In this document: positions 37,890-50,055 of the stretch, piece after piece
Layout of the letters: each line of letters starts with the position of its first letter
Position numbering within the stretch: position 1 is the stretch's first letter
Assembly: GCF_001194135.2 (NCBI RefSeq)
Contig: NC_068986.1
Span: 1,949,509-1,999,563 of the forward strand
Direction: 5' to 3'
DNA: 50,055 nt
From: Octopus bimaculoides
Lineage: Eukaryota
Made by a program: the position numbers and the translations under genes
Notes under the pieces: generated by a model
The model's input: the letters and a program-made list of their open reading frames with translations, nothing else
What the model was told of the DNA's origin: nothing
Database searches by the model: none

Positions 37890-38100
37890 CGAAGTGTTCA
37901 GCTTTTATCTGAATGACCTGCACGAATGATTTGTTAATAGTGATCAAAAGTGTGTGCCGTACATTAACTCCACCAAATCGACATTGCCTGAATAGGTGCA
38001 CGGTATACCAAGCGCCAGGTGTCGGAATGAACGCAGAACAACGTGAGATGAACAACGATCTCGCGATTGTGTGCAACACCCTAATCACTTGGCCATGCAA
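37890..38100 (-). mobile_element. Diverged tRNA-derived SINE
   Basis: Minus-strand head GCATGGCCAAGTGATTAGGGTGTT (A-box-like); remainder is decayed. Confidence 0.45.
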
Positions 38101-38128
38101 TCTCATAATAATAATAATGACAATAATA

Positions 38129-38189
<61 letters not shown>

Positions 38190-38689
38190 CGATGATGACG
38201 ATGATGATGATAAACAATTTACAAATACAACACTACTGTTACTGCTGCTACGTTTACTATGAATATACCTCTCTTTCGATATCTTTGAGTCACGACATCT
38301 ATTCTAGCTGCCATACCTCTGGGCTACAGCGAGAAAATCAAAACCTTTTCAGAAAAACATCGAAATTGAATACCGAGATAAAGTTGATTATTGAATATAA
38401 TTTCAAAATGGCGGTGGTCGGCAAGAACCAAGACGCCAGATAGTTTCGTATCATTGGCTTCGAATGGGAAATTCGGTTGTCACATTGGTTGCCAATGCTT
38501 CTTCTGTTTTTTTTTTGTTTTTTTTTTGCTGTTACTGTTGCTGTTGCTTTTGTTGTTGCTGTTTTGTTGTTGTTGTCGCTATGCTGCTTATGTTGTTTCC
38601 GCTGTTGTCAACGCCGATCGAATATACTTATAATTAGAGCCATGACCATCCTGTCTTTTAGAAGTATCTGTGATCACATTATCTAATAC

Positions 38690-38848
38690 TTTCAGTCGCG
38701 TTTTGAGATCAAATTCCACGGAGGTCGATTTTGCTTTCCATCCTTTCGGGGTCGATGAAATAAGTACCAGTTACGCACTGGGGATCAATGTAATCGAATA
38801 GTCCTCCACCCAAATTTCAGGCCTTGTGCCTATAGTAGAAAGGATGAT
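38690..38848 (+). mobile_element. SINE family A, 5'-truncated
   Basis: AAATTCCACGGAGGTCGATTTTGCTTTCCATCCTTTCGGGGTCG..GGCCTTGTGCCTATAGTAGAAAGG. Confidence 0.85.
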
Positions 38849-40967
38849 TTAAGATGGTGGGACGTAACTTGAGGAAGACTTGCATGCTTGTTTTAAAGCA
38901 AGTGTCTCTCACAATCTCATGTAAGCTTCCTTGATGTTTTGGCCTTGAGATTTGGGTGTTGATCTCGCGAACATATCATCGTAGGTTCGATACCTGAACT
39001 GACTTTCGTTGCTTTAGTCTACTCAGCTGAAAATGAGTCACTAGTTGAATGCTGGAGCAGCCCTCTCTCTCCTTTCAGCTGTAATATACTCCATGTTCTG
39101 CCGGGTTAAAGAATGGGAGGGCCGAGAGAGTGCCTATGTCTGCTTGCGACTACACAAGCCCCTAAAACTATTAGCAAAAGCATTAGAATCTACTAACAAT
39201 TAATAATCGCTTGCGAGTGACGGCTGTGCTTGATGATGGTGTAACCTACACAATATCCTTGTTAACAATGCCTTGAAATTTATTTCCCCTGCTTTTCTAT
39301 AAATCAATTCTCTCACAAAAATATATACATATACATATAATGACTAGTGGAGTGTGAAGGCAAAAAGATAATAATAGCAATGGGTAGCAATGTTTAATAA
39401 GGAATATCTGCACTCGAGTCTATATGACTGCAAATCAAACAATAGGTAGGAAGTGACAAGAATTGAAATATAGAGTTAATTTACAAGTCAAGTCACTGAC
39501 TTTAGCCCTTATAGTGTGGTTTCAAAGAAGATTTCGCTGCTATTAATAGTTGATAGACTGACTACATAGAAGCTCACTATTTCACTTGACAAAGACACCA
39601 ATAATTTGGTTAGCAGCAAACAAAATTTACTTTATTTGAAATGGTTAAATCAGTGATAGAATTAAAATACCTGCATTGAAACAATTCTGCTCTACGTAGG
39701 GCTTCCATCGATTATTCTTGAGTTGCATATGCAGGTCTGGGAAAGATATTTTAGGAAGACTAACAGTTGTCCATGCACGCAAATTTCTCTTTATCCACAG
39801 TCATCGACGTTTATCCAAGGGAAAAACCGACGACCTGGATCGGTGCAGCTTGATTTTGTCTTTGTAGGCGAAGCTCTCAGGACACAAATAATCGGAACAG
39901 GACATCGCAAAACATCTCGCCCATCATTCAAACATTTCGGTCAATCCGTCAAACCACCGGCCTGGGTATGTACTTTTTTTGGCCCCGAAAAGATGGAAGG
40001 AAAATTTGGTCTCGGCAGGATCTGAAGTCAGATCGCAAAGACCCGGAATACCGTGAGGTATTCTATTCAACACTCTATTGATTTTGCCGCCCCCAGTTCA
40101 CAATGTCTGGGTACATGGGGATTAACACATACGTTAAGAAATTATTGTTTCTTATATCTAATTGTTTATGCTATGATTTTATTTACTCCCTGTACCCAGA
40201 CTTTGTGGACACCCTGTATAGTAGTTATAAGAGGAGTACCAGCAGAAGTGGTAAAGCATAGGATATCCTCCATTTTTAAGATTTACACTTGGAGATCATT
40301 TTGCAGAAGCAATATTCAATGAACAGTTAATTGTAGGAACGCAGAAATTCTCAACTGAAAATATTTTACATTCAATAAGATATGTTTTAATTGTAGATTC
40401 TTTCATACTACCAAATATACTACTAACCAGTTTTCTTGAGTAACCAAAATACGTAATATATACGTCTCCCAAATAAATGTTGATCTAGCTATCTAGATTT
40501 AATGAAGCTACTGAATGTGCCATGGATAGGGAGGCTCCAGTGTTGAGGGCACAACATTTCTCTCCGCTGGAGACAGGCCGTAATGGAAACGAAAGTGGAT
40601 GTTGAAGAAGACAGGCTTCAAAGTAATGATATATCAATTGGAATAATCGTTAGAGAGCAAGATGCATTGAATGCAGTAATCGTTCCGGCTAGCTACGCTC
40701 TGGCATCAAATCCCAACAAAGATCCTTTTTCATTCTCTCAAGTTCGATAAAGTACCAATCCTATACTAAATCGATTCCTCACTTCTTTTACTTCAGTCTT
40801 TCTCCCTTTCTAGAAGAAATCTAGAAGAGAAATCGTATCCATCAGGCTTAAAACTGCCCAACACACGCTGTATGTTATAATGGCGCCCATACGATACTAT
40901 AAAAGAGTTGAAGGGACAAGGCAACGAATTCACTAAGCCAAAATTTCAATTTCTAAGGAGTCACACA

Positions 40968-41003
40968 TGAGACGTAATGTACCAGAAGGTACATTACGTC
41001 TCA
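40968..41003. other. Perfect 16-bp stem, 4-nt loop hairpin
   Basis: TGAGACGTAATGTACC-AGAA-GGTACATTACGTCTCA. Confidence 0.95.
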
Positions 41004-42159
41004 GAAACAAGTTATTTATGTTTCCCTTCCGCTTCTTCCCCTGTCATACAATTCTGTATAAATGTAAAAGTTTCGCCTTATTTTCTTTGTTATCGAGGAA
41101 GACGCTAGGTCACGGTTTCGAAGTAAAGAAATTCTAGAATAAACTCATTGATTAAATTTCAGTTTAGTACACATCATTGGCACGGCAGGAGGTCATCTCA
41201 CGACTTTCTCTCTAACTTTCCGATGCATGCTGCGTCTGTTTACAGGGCCATTTCTTTCCCTTTTCTTTCCTTTCCTTTTTATTTTTTTCTCTCTCACATC
41301 TTTTCATTATTTTCTTTAGAGGGATTAGAAATTAACACTTTTGATTAAAATTAATAACTTTTTCTTAATTTATTTATTCTTCACGAATTAAATTTTCTTT
41401 TTCTTGTTATTGATTTCTGTTTTCTTCTCATTCATTGGCTAATATATTTTTTTCAGCCTCTTACCATCTCACCACATCCTGTTTTCTTCATTCTTACGTT
41501 TCGTTCATTAAACTTTCTCACTTCGTACATATGTCGACTTTACTTCCAACTTATTTAGTTTTTAAGTTAATTTTCTCTGTCAATTTCACTTGTTTTAATG
41601 AAGTTCTTCCTTTGAATTTTCACCGTTTCTTATGTATATTATATTGTGATTTCCTTTCATTAATGTCTAACATGAGTTACAAGAAGACGAAATCGAACAA
41701 TGAAGAAAGGTATTTTAGAAAACTGTCAGAATCATTGTTGATATTTTCATTTTGTTTTCTAAATATCTTTAAATTAACATTTCCTTTAGTTGTTCAAATT
41801 GGATGAAAAATTGCCGACCATAGTTTATTTTTTCAACAAACGAAGGAAAAATAAATATAAAAATTTATGTATATGTGTAGAATGCAAATTAAATTACATT
41901 GGGTTTTCTCCAAAATATTTTTTCTTTAAAAATGTTCACGTCGCAAAAATGTATATGTATGTGTGTATGTATGTATATACACATATATATATATATACAT
42001 ACACACATACATACATACATACATACNNNNNNNNNNNNNNNNNNNNNNNNNNNNNNNNNNNNNNNNNNNNNNNNNNNNNNNNNNNNNNNNNNNNGTATAT
42101 ACACAAACATTTATTTATACATACATAAATATATTAATATATTTATATATTACATACAA

Positions 42160-42194
<35 letters not shown>

Positions 42195-42504
42195 AATGTT
42201 TATATATACATACATATGTATATATATTTATATACATATATATCTAAAAAATGTATACACATACACATACATATATACACACATATATATATATATACAT
42301 ACACACATACATACATACTTACATACATACATACACACATACACACATACATACATACATACATACATACATACATACATACATACCGAGAGAGACGTTT
42401 CTAACAACAGGATAAAAAGTACTCTTTTCATGCTGTAAAATTTAATTATATTTATTCCGGCTGACGCCGCTACTTTTGTTTTACGAATGCGAGGATTATT
42501 TGGT

Positions 42505-42550
<46 letters not shown>

Positions 42551-42719
42551 ACACACACACACACATGTATGTATATGTATGTATGTATATGTATGTATGT
42601 ATGTATGTATGTATGGATGGATGGATGAATGGATGGATGGATGGATGGATGGATATTTATATGTCTACATGTATATATTGTGGAGGCGCAATATATATAT
42701 GTATATATTGTGGAGGGTA

Positions 42720-42826
42720 CACGTGTCTATGGAGTGCTCAGCCATTTGCACGTTAATTTCACGAGCAGGCTGTTCCGTTATTCGTATCAACTGGAACCCT
42801 CGTCGTCGTAACCGACGGAGTACCAA
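42720..42826 (+). mobile_element. SINE family C 3' portion
   Basis: GTGTCTATGGAGTGCTCAGCCA..TTAATTTCACGAGCA..CAACTGGAACC..GACGGAGT matches 13056-13160. Confidence 0.85.
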
Positions 42827-43009
42827 CCAACATGTATATATTACTTTCTACTGTACGAGTACTTTATCTTTTGCCATAGGCAAAAGGCTTGAAAGTTTGG
42901 GGCAATACTCGGCTGCTACTTATTTTATCGACCCCGAAAAGATAGAAATCGAAGCCGACCTCGGCTAAAGATCGTTAACTGTGGTTGACAGACGGCAACG
43001 TGAAACAGT

Positions 43010-43310
43010 GTAAGAGCATAAATTTTGCAATTCCCGATGATATCGGGGCCGATACCAAAGAAATTGAAAAAAATTAGATACATCAGGATCTAGCCAGAGA
43101 ACTGAGGAGACTGTAGAAGACCAAAATAACAATTATTTGTGTAGTAAATGGTGCATTTGGCACAACACCAAAAATGCTGCCTAAAAGACTGAAAGAAATT
43201 GGCATTGCAACTCGCATTATCAACCTGTAGCAAAGTACTTATGCCATATTCTGCAAGAATCCTAAGACATATCCTTGAGATTTGTTGAGACTTATCACCA
43301 AACATCAAGA
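43010..43310 (+). mobile_element. R4/Dong/Rex6-like RLE LINE 3' end (third, divergent lineage)
   Basis: FAIPDD..KEIEKI..YQDLARELRRL*..VVNGAFGTTPKMLPKRLKEIGI..SARILRHILEI matches the RLE C-terminal pattern. Confidence 0.8.
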
Positions 43311-43439
43311 TAAAGTACCTGATAACTAAATTGGAAAGAACCTAGCATAATGATAATAACTATGTAATACGATTTTTGTCGTCAGATAACGACTGTTATT
43401 TCTAGAAAGTATGAAAAATGGCTAATATTTCCTTCAAAT

Positions 43440-43625
43440 TTTGCTTTGGTTACATTTATTCGAACCTCAAAGAATCCATCTCAGCACATGACTATGATGA
43501 TCCCCCAATACTCCTGTTCATGATTAGAGTTGTCAGCCACTAACAGAGATGCTCAAGTGGTTAACGTCATACAACTGACAAGCAAATCTGTGGAATTGAG
43601 CAGAATATTTGCTATAATGATATTT
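43440..43625 (-). mobile_element. Family X fragment, reverse orientation
   Basis: Reverse complement of CAGCAAATATTCT..CCACAGATTTGCTTGTCA..GCATCATAGCCATGTG. Confidence 0.7.
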
Positions 43626-43744
43626 CTGCCTCAGCAACTCAGCACTGAATCCGTCTGAAATGTAATGGAAAATGGGTGAGTTTCAAAACATTGATGTCCA
43701 GGTCACAAAACCCAAGTTTGAAAGGAATGGTAGTCTTGTACTAA

Positions 43745-44215
43745 AGCCTCGGCTCGACCAAAGCCTCGGCCCGACCAAAGCCTTCTGAATGGATTTCGAA
43801 GGCTAAAACTTCCAGAGGCCCGTCGCAAGTGTATATATATATATATATATATNNNNNNNNNNNNNNNNNNNNNNNNNNNNNNNNNNNNNNNNNNNNNNNN
43901 NNNNNNNNNNNNNNNNNNNNNNNNNNNNNNNNNNNNNNNNNNNNNNNNNNNNNNNNNNNNNNNNNNNNNNNNNNNNNNNNNNGTACATATCTAGGTGTGC
44001 GTGTCTTACTGAATGTGTTTGCTCCTCACCATCCCTTGATAGCGAATGCTAGTTTGTTTACGTCAGCATAAATTAGCAGTTTGACAAAAAAAAAAGAAAG
44101 AAAGAAAACTGGTAAGATATGTATCAGGCTGTATTAAATAAAGTACTGGGGTCGATTCGTTTGACTAAAACCCTTCAAAGTGACTCCCTAGCATGGCGGC
44201 AAGTCTAATGACTGA
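43745..44215 (+). mobile_element. SINE family B fragments spanning an N gap
   Basis: AAAGCCTCGGC(T/C)CGACCAAAGCC head part (locally duplicated) and AAGTACTGGGGTCGATTCGTTTGACTAAAACCCTTCAA..GCATGGC tail part. Confidence 0.65.
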
Positions 44216-44804
44216 AAGAAGTAAAAGATAGAATATAATATATATGCGTATTTGTGTATATATATAAACAAACATAGACTAGCACATATTTCAGCATCAT
44301 GATGAACATGGCCCTAATTCATGGCCGAGAGATAGAAACCTCAAACGTCACATCCATCCTCGCCTTATATTGTCGTCTTTTCCTAGAGTAGCTCACTCAT
44401 CCAGTGTTCTTCTTGTCCAGTCCTTGCTGTCATCACCACGAAATCGTCTTCATCGCCTGCTGACCATCTTCCTTCCCACCTAGTCCCCAAGGGTAAATAT
44501 GTGTTGCATGCGTGTGTGTATTACAAGCCGTGAAAGTATTTTGTTATAACATTTACGTGCGTTCTTTAGATGATCAACCTCAAAGACAAACCAATGTGAG
44601 CACAGGCGTAAACAGGAAGAACTGTGTATTTGTCATAGAGGCGACGACCGACATTATCAGTTGTAACAATGAAATTCGTCCATATTTGTAGCTAAAGTAA
44701 ACTAAACAATATAAATACTAAATAATTGTAACATAAATGGTTAATATGTTTGTGATACTTTAGAAACTAAAATATTTACATCTATGACCTAAGAGAGAAT
44801 AAGT

Positions 44805-44859
<55 letters not shown>

Positions 44860-45499
44860 NNNNNNNNNNNNNNNNNNNNNNNNNNNNNNNNNNNNNNNNN
44901 NNNNNNNNNNNNNNNNNNNNNNNNNNNNNNNNNNNNNNNNNNNNNNNNNNNNNNNNNNNNNNNNNNNNNNNNNNNNNNNNNNNNNNNNNNNNNNNNNNNN
45001 NNNNNNNNNNNNNNNNNNNNNNNNNNNNNNNNNNNNNNNNNNNNNNNNNNNNNNNNNNNNNNNNNNNNNNNNNNNNNNNNNNNNNNNNNNNNNNNNNNNN
45101 NNNNNNNNNNNNNNNNNNNNNNNNNNNNNNNNNNNNNNNNNNNNNNNNNNNNNNNNNNNNNNNNNNNNNNNNNNNNNNNNNNNNNNNNNNNNNNNNNNNN
45201 NNNNNNNNNNNNNNNNNNNNNNNNNNNNNNNNNNNNNNNNNNNNNNNNNATATATATTTATATATATACACACACACACACACATACACACACACACACA
45301 TAAACACAGCGATATAAACATTCTCATTCATGTGTGTGTGATTCTAAAGCAATTATTGTCAGAGGTGAAAGGCCTCGAACACTCAAAGAACGACCTTAAC
45401 AAGAGAAACCTTACATACCGTAACCACTCCCTTATTATCAGCGACTTGGGAACTATTGAAAAGTATAGACTTAAGCATTGTAATATTGTAAGGAAAAGG

Positions 45500-45562
<63 letters not shown>

Positions 45563-46086
45563 GGATATCATCGGAATTTTAGGCTAGGTTTACGTGAAAG
45601 ATTTTTCAATAGGTTAAAAGAACACTGCTTGCCCAAATGGTAATGAAACTGATTCAATATTTAGATTATGGTGCACGAGGTTCTATCACGATTGTCATGA
45701 ATTTTAGACGAATCACTGTATAACTTTGTACAATACATAAAGGGATACATGTATATATGTATGTAAAATGTCTCAGTACATACACATCTTACGCCCTGAC
45801 ATACGCACAGCAATATAACTATGTGTGTATGAATGTATATATGTATGTATGTATATACACACACACACACATATATATGTATATGTATCTATATATATAT
45901 ACATATATATATACACACACACACACATATATAGATATGTATACATATAGCTATATATTCATATATAAAGATAGTTAGATAGACAGGGGTTTAAATAGAT
46001 TTTATTATACACACATATCTGTAGTTAATCGTCTATATCTATGAATATTTAATTTACATTCACATGTATTTCTATGCGTATATGTA

Positions 46087-46132
<46 letters not shown>

Positions 46133-46204
46133 ATATGTGCGCTTGTGTGTGTACATATATGCAAATACATATATGTATATAAGTATATATGTATATGTAT
46201 ATTT

Positions 46205-46386
46205 TTTTTGCTTTTTTACTTGTTCCAGTAATTTAGCTGCGGCCATGCTGGAGCACCGCCTTTAGTCGAACAAATCGACTCCAGGACTTATTCTATCGGA
46301 TCTTTTGCCGAAATGCTAGATTACGGGGACGTAAACACAGAAACATCGGTTGTCAANNNNNNNNNNNNNNNNNNNNNNNNNNNNNN

Positions 46387-46430
<44 letters not shown>

Positions 46431-46590
46431 GACGGGGTTCTTACAGTTTCTGTCTACCAAATCCATTCACAAGGCTTTTGTAGGCCCGAGGCTAAAGTGG
46501 AAGACACTTGCCAAATATGCCACGCAGTGGGACCGAACCCGGAACCATGTGCTTGGGAAGCTAACTTACCACACAGCCACTCCTATGCCT
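46205..46590 (-). mobile_element. SINE family B, full length with central gap
   Basis: CTGCGGCCATGCTGGAGCACCGCCTTTAGTCGAAC.. to CACACAGCCACTCCTATGCCT. Confidence 0.9.
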
Positions 46591-47095
46591 ATGTATATAC
46601 ATATACACATACATATGCACGCTCATACACACACACATACACACACATGCAATAAGTGAGGAATTGGCAAAATCGTTAGAGTGGTAGACAGAATATCTCA
46701 CCGTATGTGTTCTGACTGTATGCTCTGAGTTCAAGACCTGCCCTTAAAATGTTGCCTTTCATCCTTTTGCTCTTTACAAAAAATGGTTCCCCTCTCCCAA
46801 GGCGGTATATCAGTGAATTGTTAGGCATTAGGCAGGATGTCTTGCGCTCTCTGACTTCATATCTACCCCTCACTGAATGACGTTGTGAATGAGATATTAT
46901 CGTCACTTTAGAAAAAACAAAAAACAAAACTAATTGTAAGTTCGTATCCTTTGTTTGACTGGAGCATCGGCAATCACCGTCACTATATGTGTGTATTTAC
47001 ACACACACGCACACACATATATGTTAACATACATACATACATACATGCATACATACATACATACATACATACATACATACATACATACATACATG

Positions 47096-47712
47096 CAGGG
47101 TGGGTGAAGAGTAGGTAGGCATTAAAAATTAGTAATAAAATCCACTTGAAACAAATGATATATGTTCTTTATTATATGGGAAAATGAAAGTGAAGCTTCA
47201 TATTTCAACGTTAGCACCGGTAGCGTCTGCCAGTTTCCTCAAACGGCCAGGGATGGGATGAACAACCTTCTGAAGGACGTCGTCTGGGATATCATTGAGA
47301 ACCTCCTGAATCCGTGTCTCCAAGTCCTCCGGTATACAACGTTTTGTCTTCTACACCTCTTTTGTGTAACCCCACAGGTAAAAATCACATGGAGTGAGGT
47401 CTGGACTTCTTGGAGTTCTGGTGTTCTGGGCTTCTACAGTCATAGTCCTCAGGTTTTAGCTCCTGCACGTAATGGGGTTACCAACGGACGAAAATTCAAT
47501 TCTTTATACAACACCATAAACATTACCTGCACTGGTGTCACGTTCTCCGCTGATCGAGATGTGGTTGGACGGCCACTTCTTCTTGCATCGTTCACAGAAC
47601 CCGTGCTCATCAGCTTTGCATGACTTTTTATTGTCTCTATACATAGTGTTGCATGCTTACTATTCCATGCACACCACGGTCTCTGAACCAGAACAATGGA
47701 ATTCCACACTTC
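47096..47712 (-). mobile_element. Internally deleted Tc1/mariner element (N-terminal HTH joined to C-terminus)
   Basis: TIR-like CAGGGTGGGTGAAGAGTAGGTAGGCA at 47096. Minus-strand RTPRSPDLTPCDFYLWG..EDLETRIQEVLNDIP..GRLRKL..GANVEI* (47198-47420) and VWNSIVLVQR..TGSVNDARRSGRP (47520-47712); the catalytic core is missing. Confidence 0.85.
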
Positions 47713-48150
47713 ATCGGGTGGGTGGAAAGTAACTAGGCACTAGAAATTGCTTGTAGAATTTTTAGTATCACTGAAGTCATGACGAAAACATTTTATAAAC
47801 AGACAACACTAATGGAGATTTCTTATTGTCTTACTTCTTATTTTTTATTTTCCCGATGGCCGGTCGCTAAGATAGCAGCACGCTATGAAGTGTGGAATTC
47901 CATTGTTTTGGTTCAGAGATGATGGCGTGCATCGAAAGGTAAGCATGCAACACGACGTCCGGAAACAGTAAAAAGTTGTCACGCAAAGCTGATGACCACA
48001 GGCTCTGTGAACGATACAAGTAGAAATGGCCGTCCAGCTACAACCCTATCAGAACGTGGCAACAGTGCAGGAAATGTTTAATCGCATCCCGCAAAAATCA
48101 ACACGTCAAGCAGCTCGTGAAAGTGAACTAACAAGACACATAATACGCAC
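47713..48150 (+). mobile_element. Second Tc1/mariner copy, 5' end only (TIR + HTH region)
   Basis: TIR-like TCGGGTGGGTGGAAAGTAACTAGGCA, then KIAARYEVWNSIVLVQR..KLMTTGSVND..NGRP..VQEMFNRIPQKSTRQAARES. Confidence 0.85.
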
Positions 48151-48219
48151 TGGAAGGTACAAATGTCACCATTTCACTACTGCTGTCAACTGTGGAACAC
48201 GACTGTCATTACATAAACC

Positions 48220-48895
48220 GGATCTTTTTTAAAACGGGGGCCACATTTTTCATTAATGTTTTACGTAGTGTTTTTGGTACCGAAAGACTTTCAAACTTCG
48301 TATACTTATCTATTTTGTGTTATAGAACAGAAAAATATTTTTGTATTCGAATTTATTTCATGTAAAAAATTGTCTTATTTCGATAATTTCAACCAATCAC
48401 TGACAAGTATTCAGTTGTTTACATTTACTCCTTTGGTTGATTAAGCGATGTAAAGCGTATTTAATCTCCATACCTTCATTTTATTTGCTTTTTTCATTTT
48501 AAATTTGCTTTAACCCTAACCCTAACCCTAACCTTAACCCTAGGGTTAGGGTTAGGGTTAGAGTTAGGGTTAGGGTTAGAGTTAGGGTTAGGGTTAGAGT
48601 TAGGGTTAGGGTTAGAGTTAGGGTTAGGGTTAGAGTTAGGGTTAGGGTTAGGGTTAATTGTTTCAGAATCGTTTGTTTATGTAGTCGGCACTTAATGTAT
48701 ATCGGCTGAATGGACGTCAGTGATTGGTTGAAATTACAGAAATACGACAACTTTAACATGGAATAATTTATGGATTTCTGTTTTTTTTAAGAAGACTAAG
48801 AGAAAAAGATGTTTTATATGACACATTCTACCAGTGTTCCAAGTTGCAAAGTGTTTCGTTAATGAAAAATGTGGCCCCCGTTTTAAAAAAGATCC
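48220..48895. mobile_element. 676-bp MITE, perfect 37-bp TIRs, 8-bp TSD (Merlin-like by GG termini and TSD length)
   Basis: TIR GGATCTTTTTTAAAACGGGGGCCACATTTTTCATTAA at 48220-48256 and its exact reverse complement at 48859-48895; TSD CATAAACC at 48212-48219 and 48896-48903. Confidence 0.93.
48511..48656. repeat. Interstitial telomere-like array (CCCTAA)n then (TTAGGG/TTAGAG)n
   Basis: About five C-strand units fold back at AACCCTAGGGTT (~48540) into about 19 G-strand units. Confidence 0.95.
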
Positions 48896-49167
48896 CATAA
48901 ACCTGATAATTGCGTTACGCATGAAAGTTCTAGTTTATTTCAATATTGTAAAATTGTGAATACTGTAAATAATAAATCGTGAAAATCAGACTAATTTAGA
49001 ATTTCATTGATTTATAATATTCTTCTTTGCACAGTCATACAAACTCCGATACACACATACACACCGTTGTTGTTCAAAAAGGGAATAATAATGGGAACCC
49101 GTTGATAGATATTTATGGCCACGAAAAATAACCGAATATATTCAATTATTATTATTATATTTATAGG

Positions 49168-49605
49168 AAAGGCAGCTAACTGGCAGAATCGTTGCTGCGC
49201 AGGAAACAATTGCTTAGCGGCTTTTCTTTTAACGTTATGTCCTGTCTTCAAGTAACGCTGAGGTGGACTTTGTCTTTCATCCTTTCGGGGTCAATAGGAT
49301 AAGTACCAGCTGGGTACTGGGATCGATATAATCGACTTACACTCTCAGCCGAAATTACTGGCTTTGTACCAAAATCGAAGCCAGTTATTTGAAGACGGCG
49401 AGCTGGCAGAATCATTAGCACGCCTGGTGAAATGCTTATCGACATTTCGTCTGTCTTCCCGTTTTGAGTTCAAATGCCACCGAGGTCGACTTCACCTTTC
49501 ATCTGTTCAGGGTCAATAAAATAAGTATCAGTTGAGCACTGGGGTCGATGTAATCAATTTACACCTTCGGCCGAACATGCTGGGTTTGTACTAAAATGTG
49601 ACATC
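49168..49605 (+). mobile_element. Two tandem diverged family A SINE units (49168-49380, 49393-49605)
   Basis: Each has CTGGCAGAATC.TT..GAGGT.GACTT..CTTTCATC..GGGGTC..CTGGG.TCGAT.TAATC. Confidence 0.85.
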
Positions 49606-49964
49606 GTTATTATGCTCGTGGAAAAATAGAGAAATTGATATCTATATATATATGGAGAGAGAGAGAGAGAGAGAAGGGATAAAAGAAGATGAATACAGGA
49701 AGAGTAAAGGTTGACGGTAAGAAAATGCTTGTACACATGAATATATGGTGGCATATAATGAGGTATTTATATAAAATGAACTAATGAATGCATGGGATTT
49801 TTCAGGGATCGTAGGTGGGTGTTTGATATTCTTTTATCAAGAAATATTTCGGGGAAGATATTAAATCGATAAAAACGAAACGTTTCCCTAATGCTCATAC
49901 AAGTATTTGATAATTGTTAAGTAAATGTATTTATTGTTCAATTCATGCATTGGAATAGCCTTAC

Positions 49965-50009
<45 letters not shown>

Positions 50010-50055
50010 TGAATGCATATGTATACGTGTCTATACATACATATGTGTATGTATG

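Noticed and set aside
38405-38414. YY1/Kozak-like AAAATGGCGG as a gene start
   Set aside because: The ORF is only 11 codons (MAVVGKNQDAR*), and the motif is common inside invertebrate DNA-transposon remnants.
40500-40590. RTE-like 3' end (AMDRE..WRQAV)
   Set aside because: Too short and decayed to support.
45570-45640. GIY-YIG-like FNRLKEH fragment
   Set aside because: Only a few matching residues and no flanking motifs.
48511-48656. Relic of a telomere-telomere chromosome fusion
   Set aside because: Fusions give (TTAGGG)n then (CCCTAA)n; here the order is reversed and the array sits inside a TIR/TSD-bounded element.
48499-48759. LTLTLT ORF
   Set aside because: Translation of the telomeric array.

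Overview
Eukaryotic, AT-rich, repeat-saturated DNA with many N gaps. The SINE families and very high microsatellite density look like an octopus (coleoid cephalopod) genome; this is recalled pattern, not a database hit. No recognisable host protein-coding gene was found: nearly all ORFs in the supplied track come from microsatellites or N gaps. The protein-like segments I can recognise are transposon relics. These are an RTE-clade LINE 3' ORF (36222-37115, minus), three R4/Dong-type RLE LINE ends, two Penelope-like GIY-YIG fragments, mariner/Tc1 fragments, and weaker piggyBac-like and integrase-like remnants. At least four tRNA-derived SINE families occur in many copies. Best leads: (1) a 676-bp MITE with perfect 37-bp TIRs and an 8-bp TSD carrying a fold-back telomeric (CCCTAA)n/(TTAGGG)n core (48220-48895); (2) a tRNA-headed SINE whose 3' part carries a degenerate Penelope-type minimal hammerhead ribozyme motif (23831-24137); (3) a 59-nt near-perfect hairpin whose only mismatches are G:U-compatible (29548-29606); (4) a few splice-signal-bounded candidate exons in non-repetitive islands, all low confidence.
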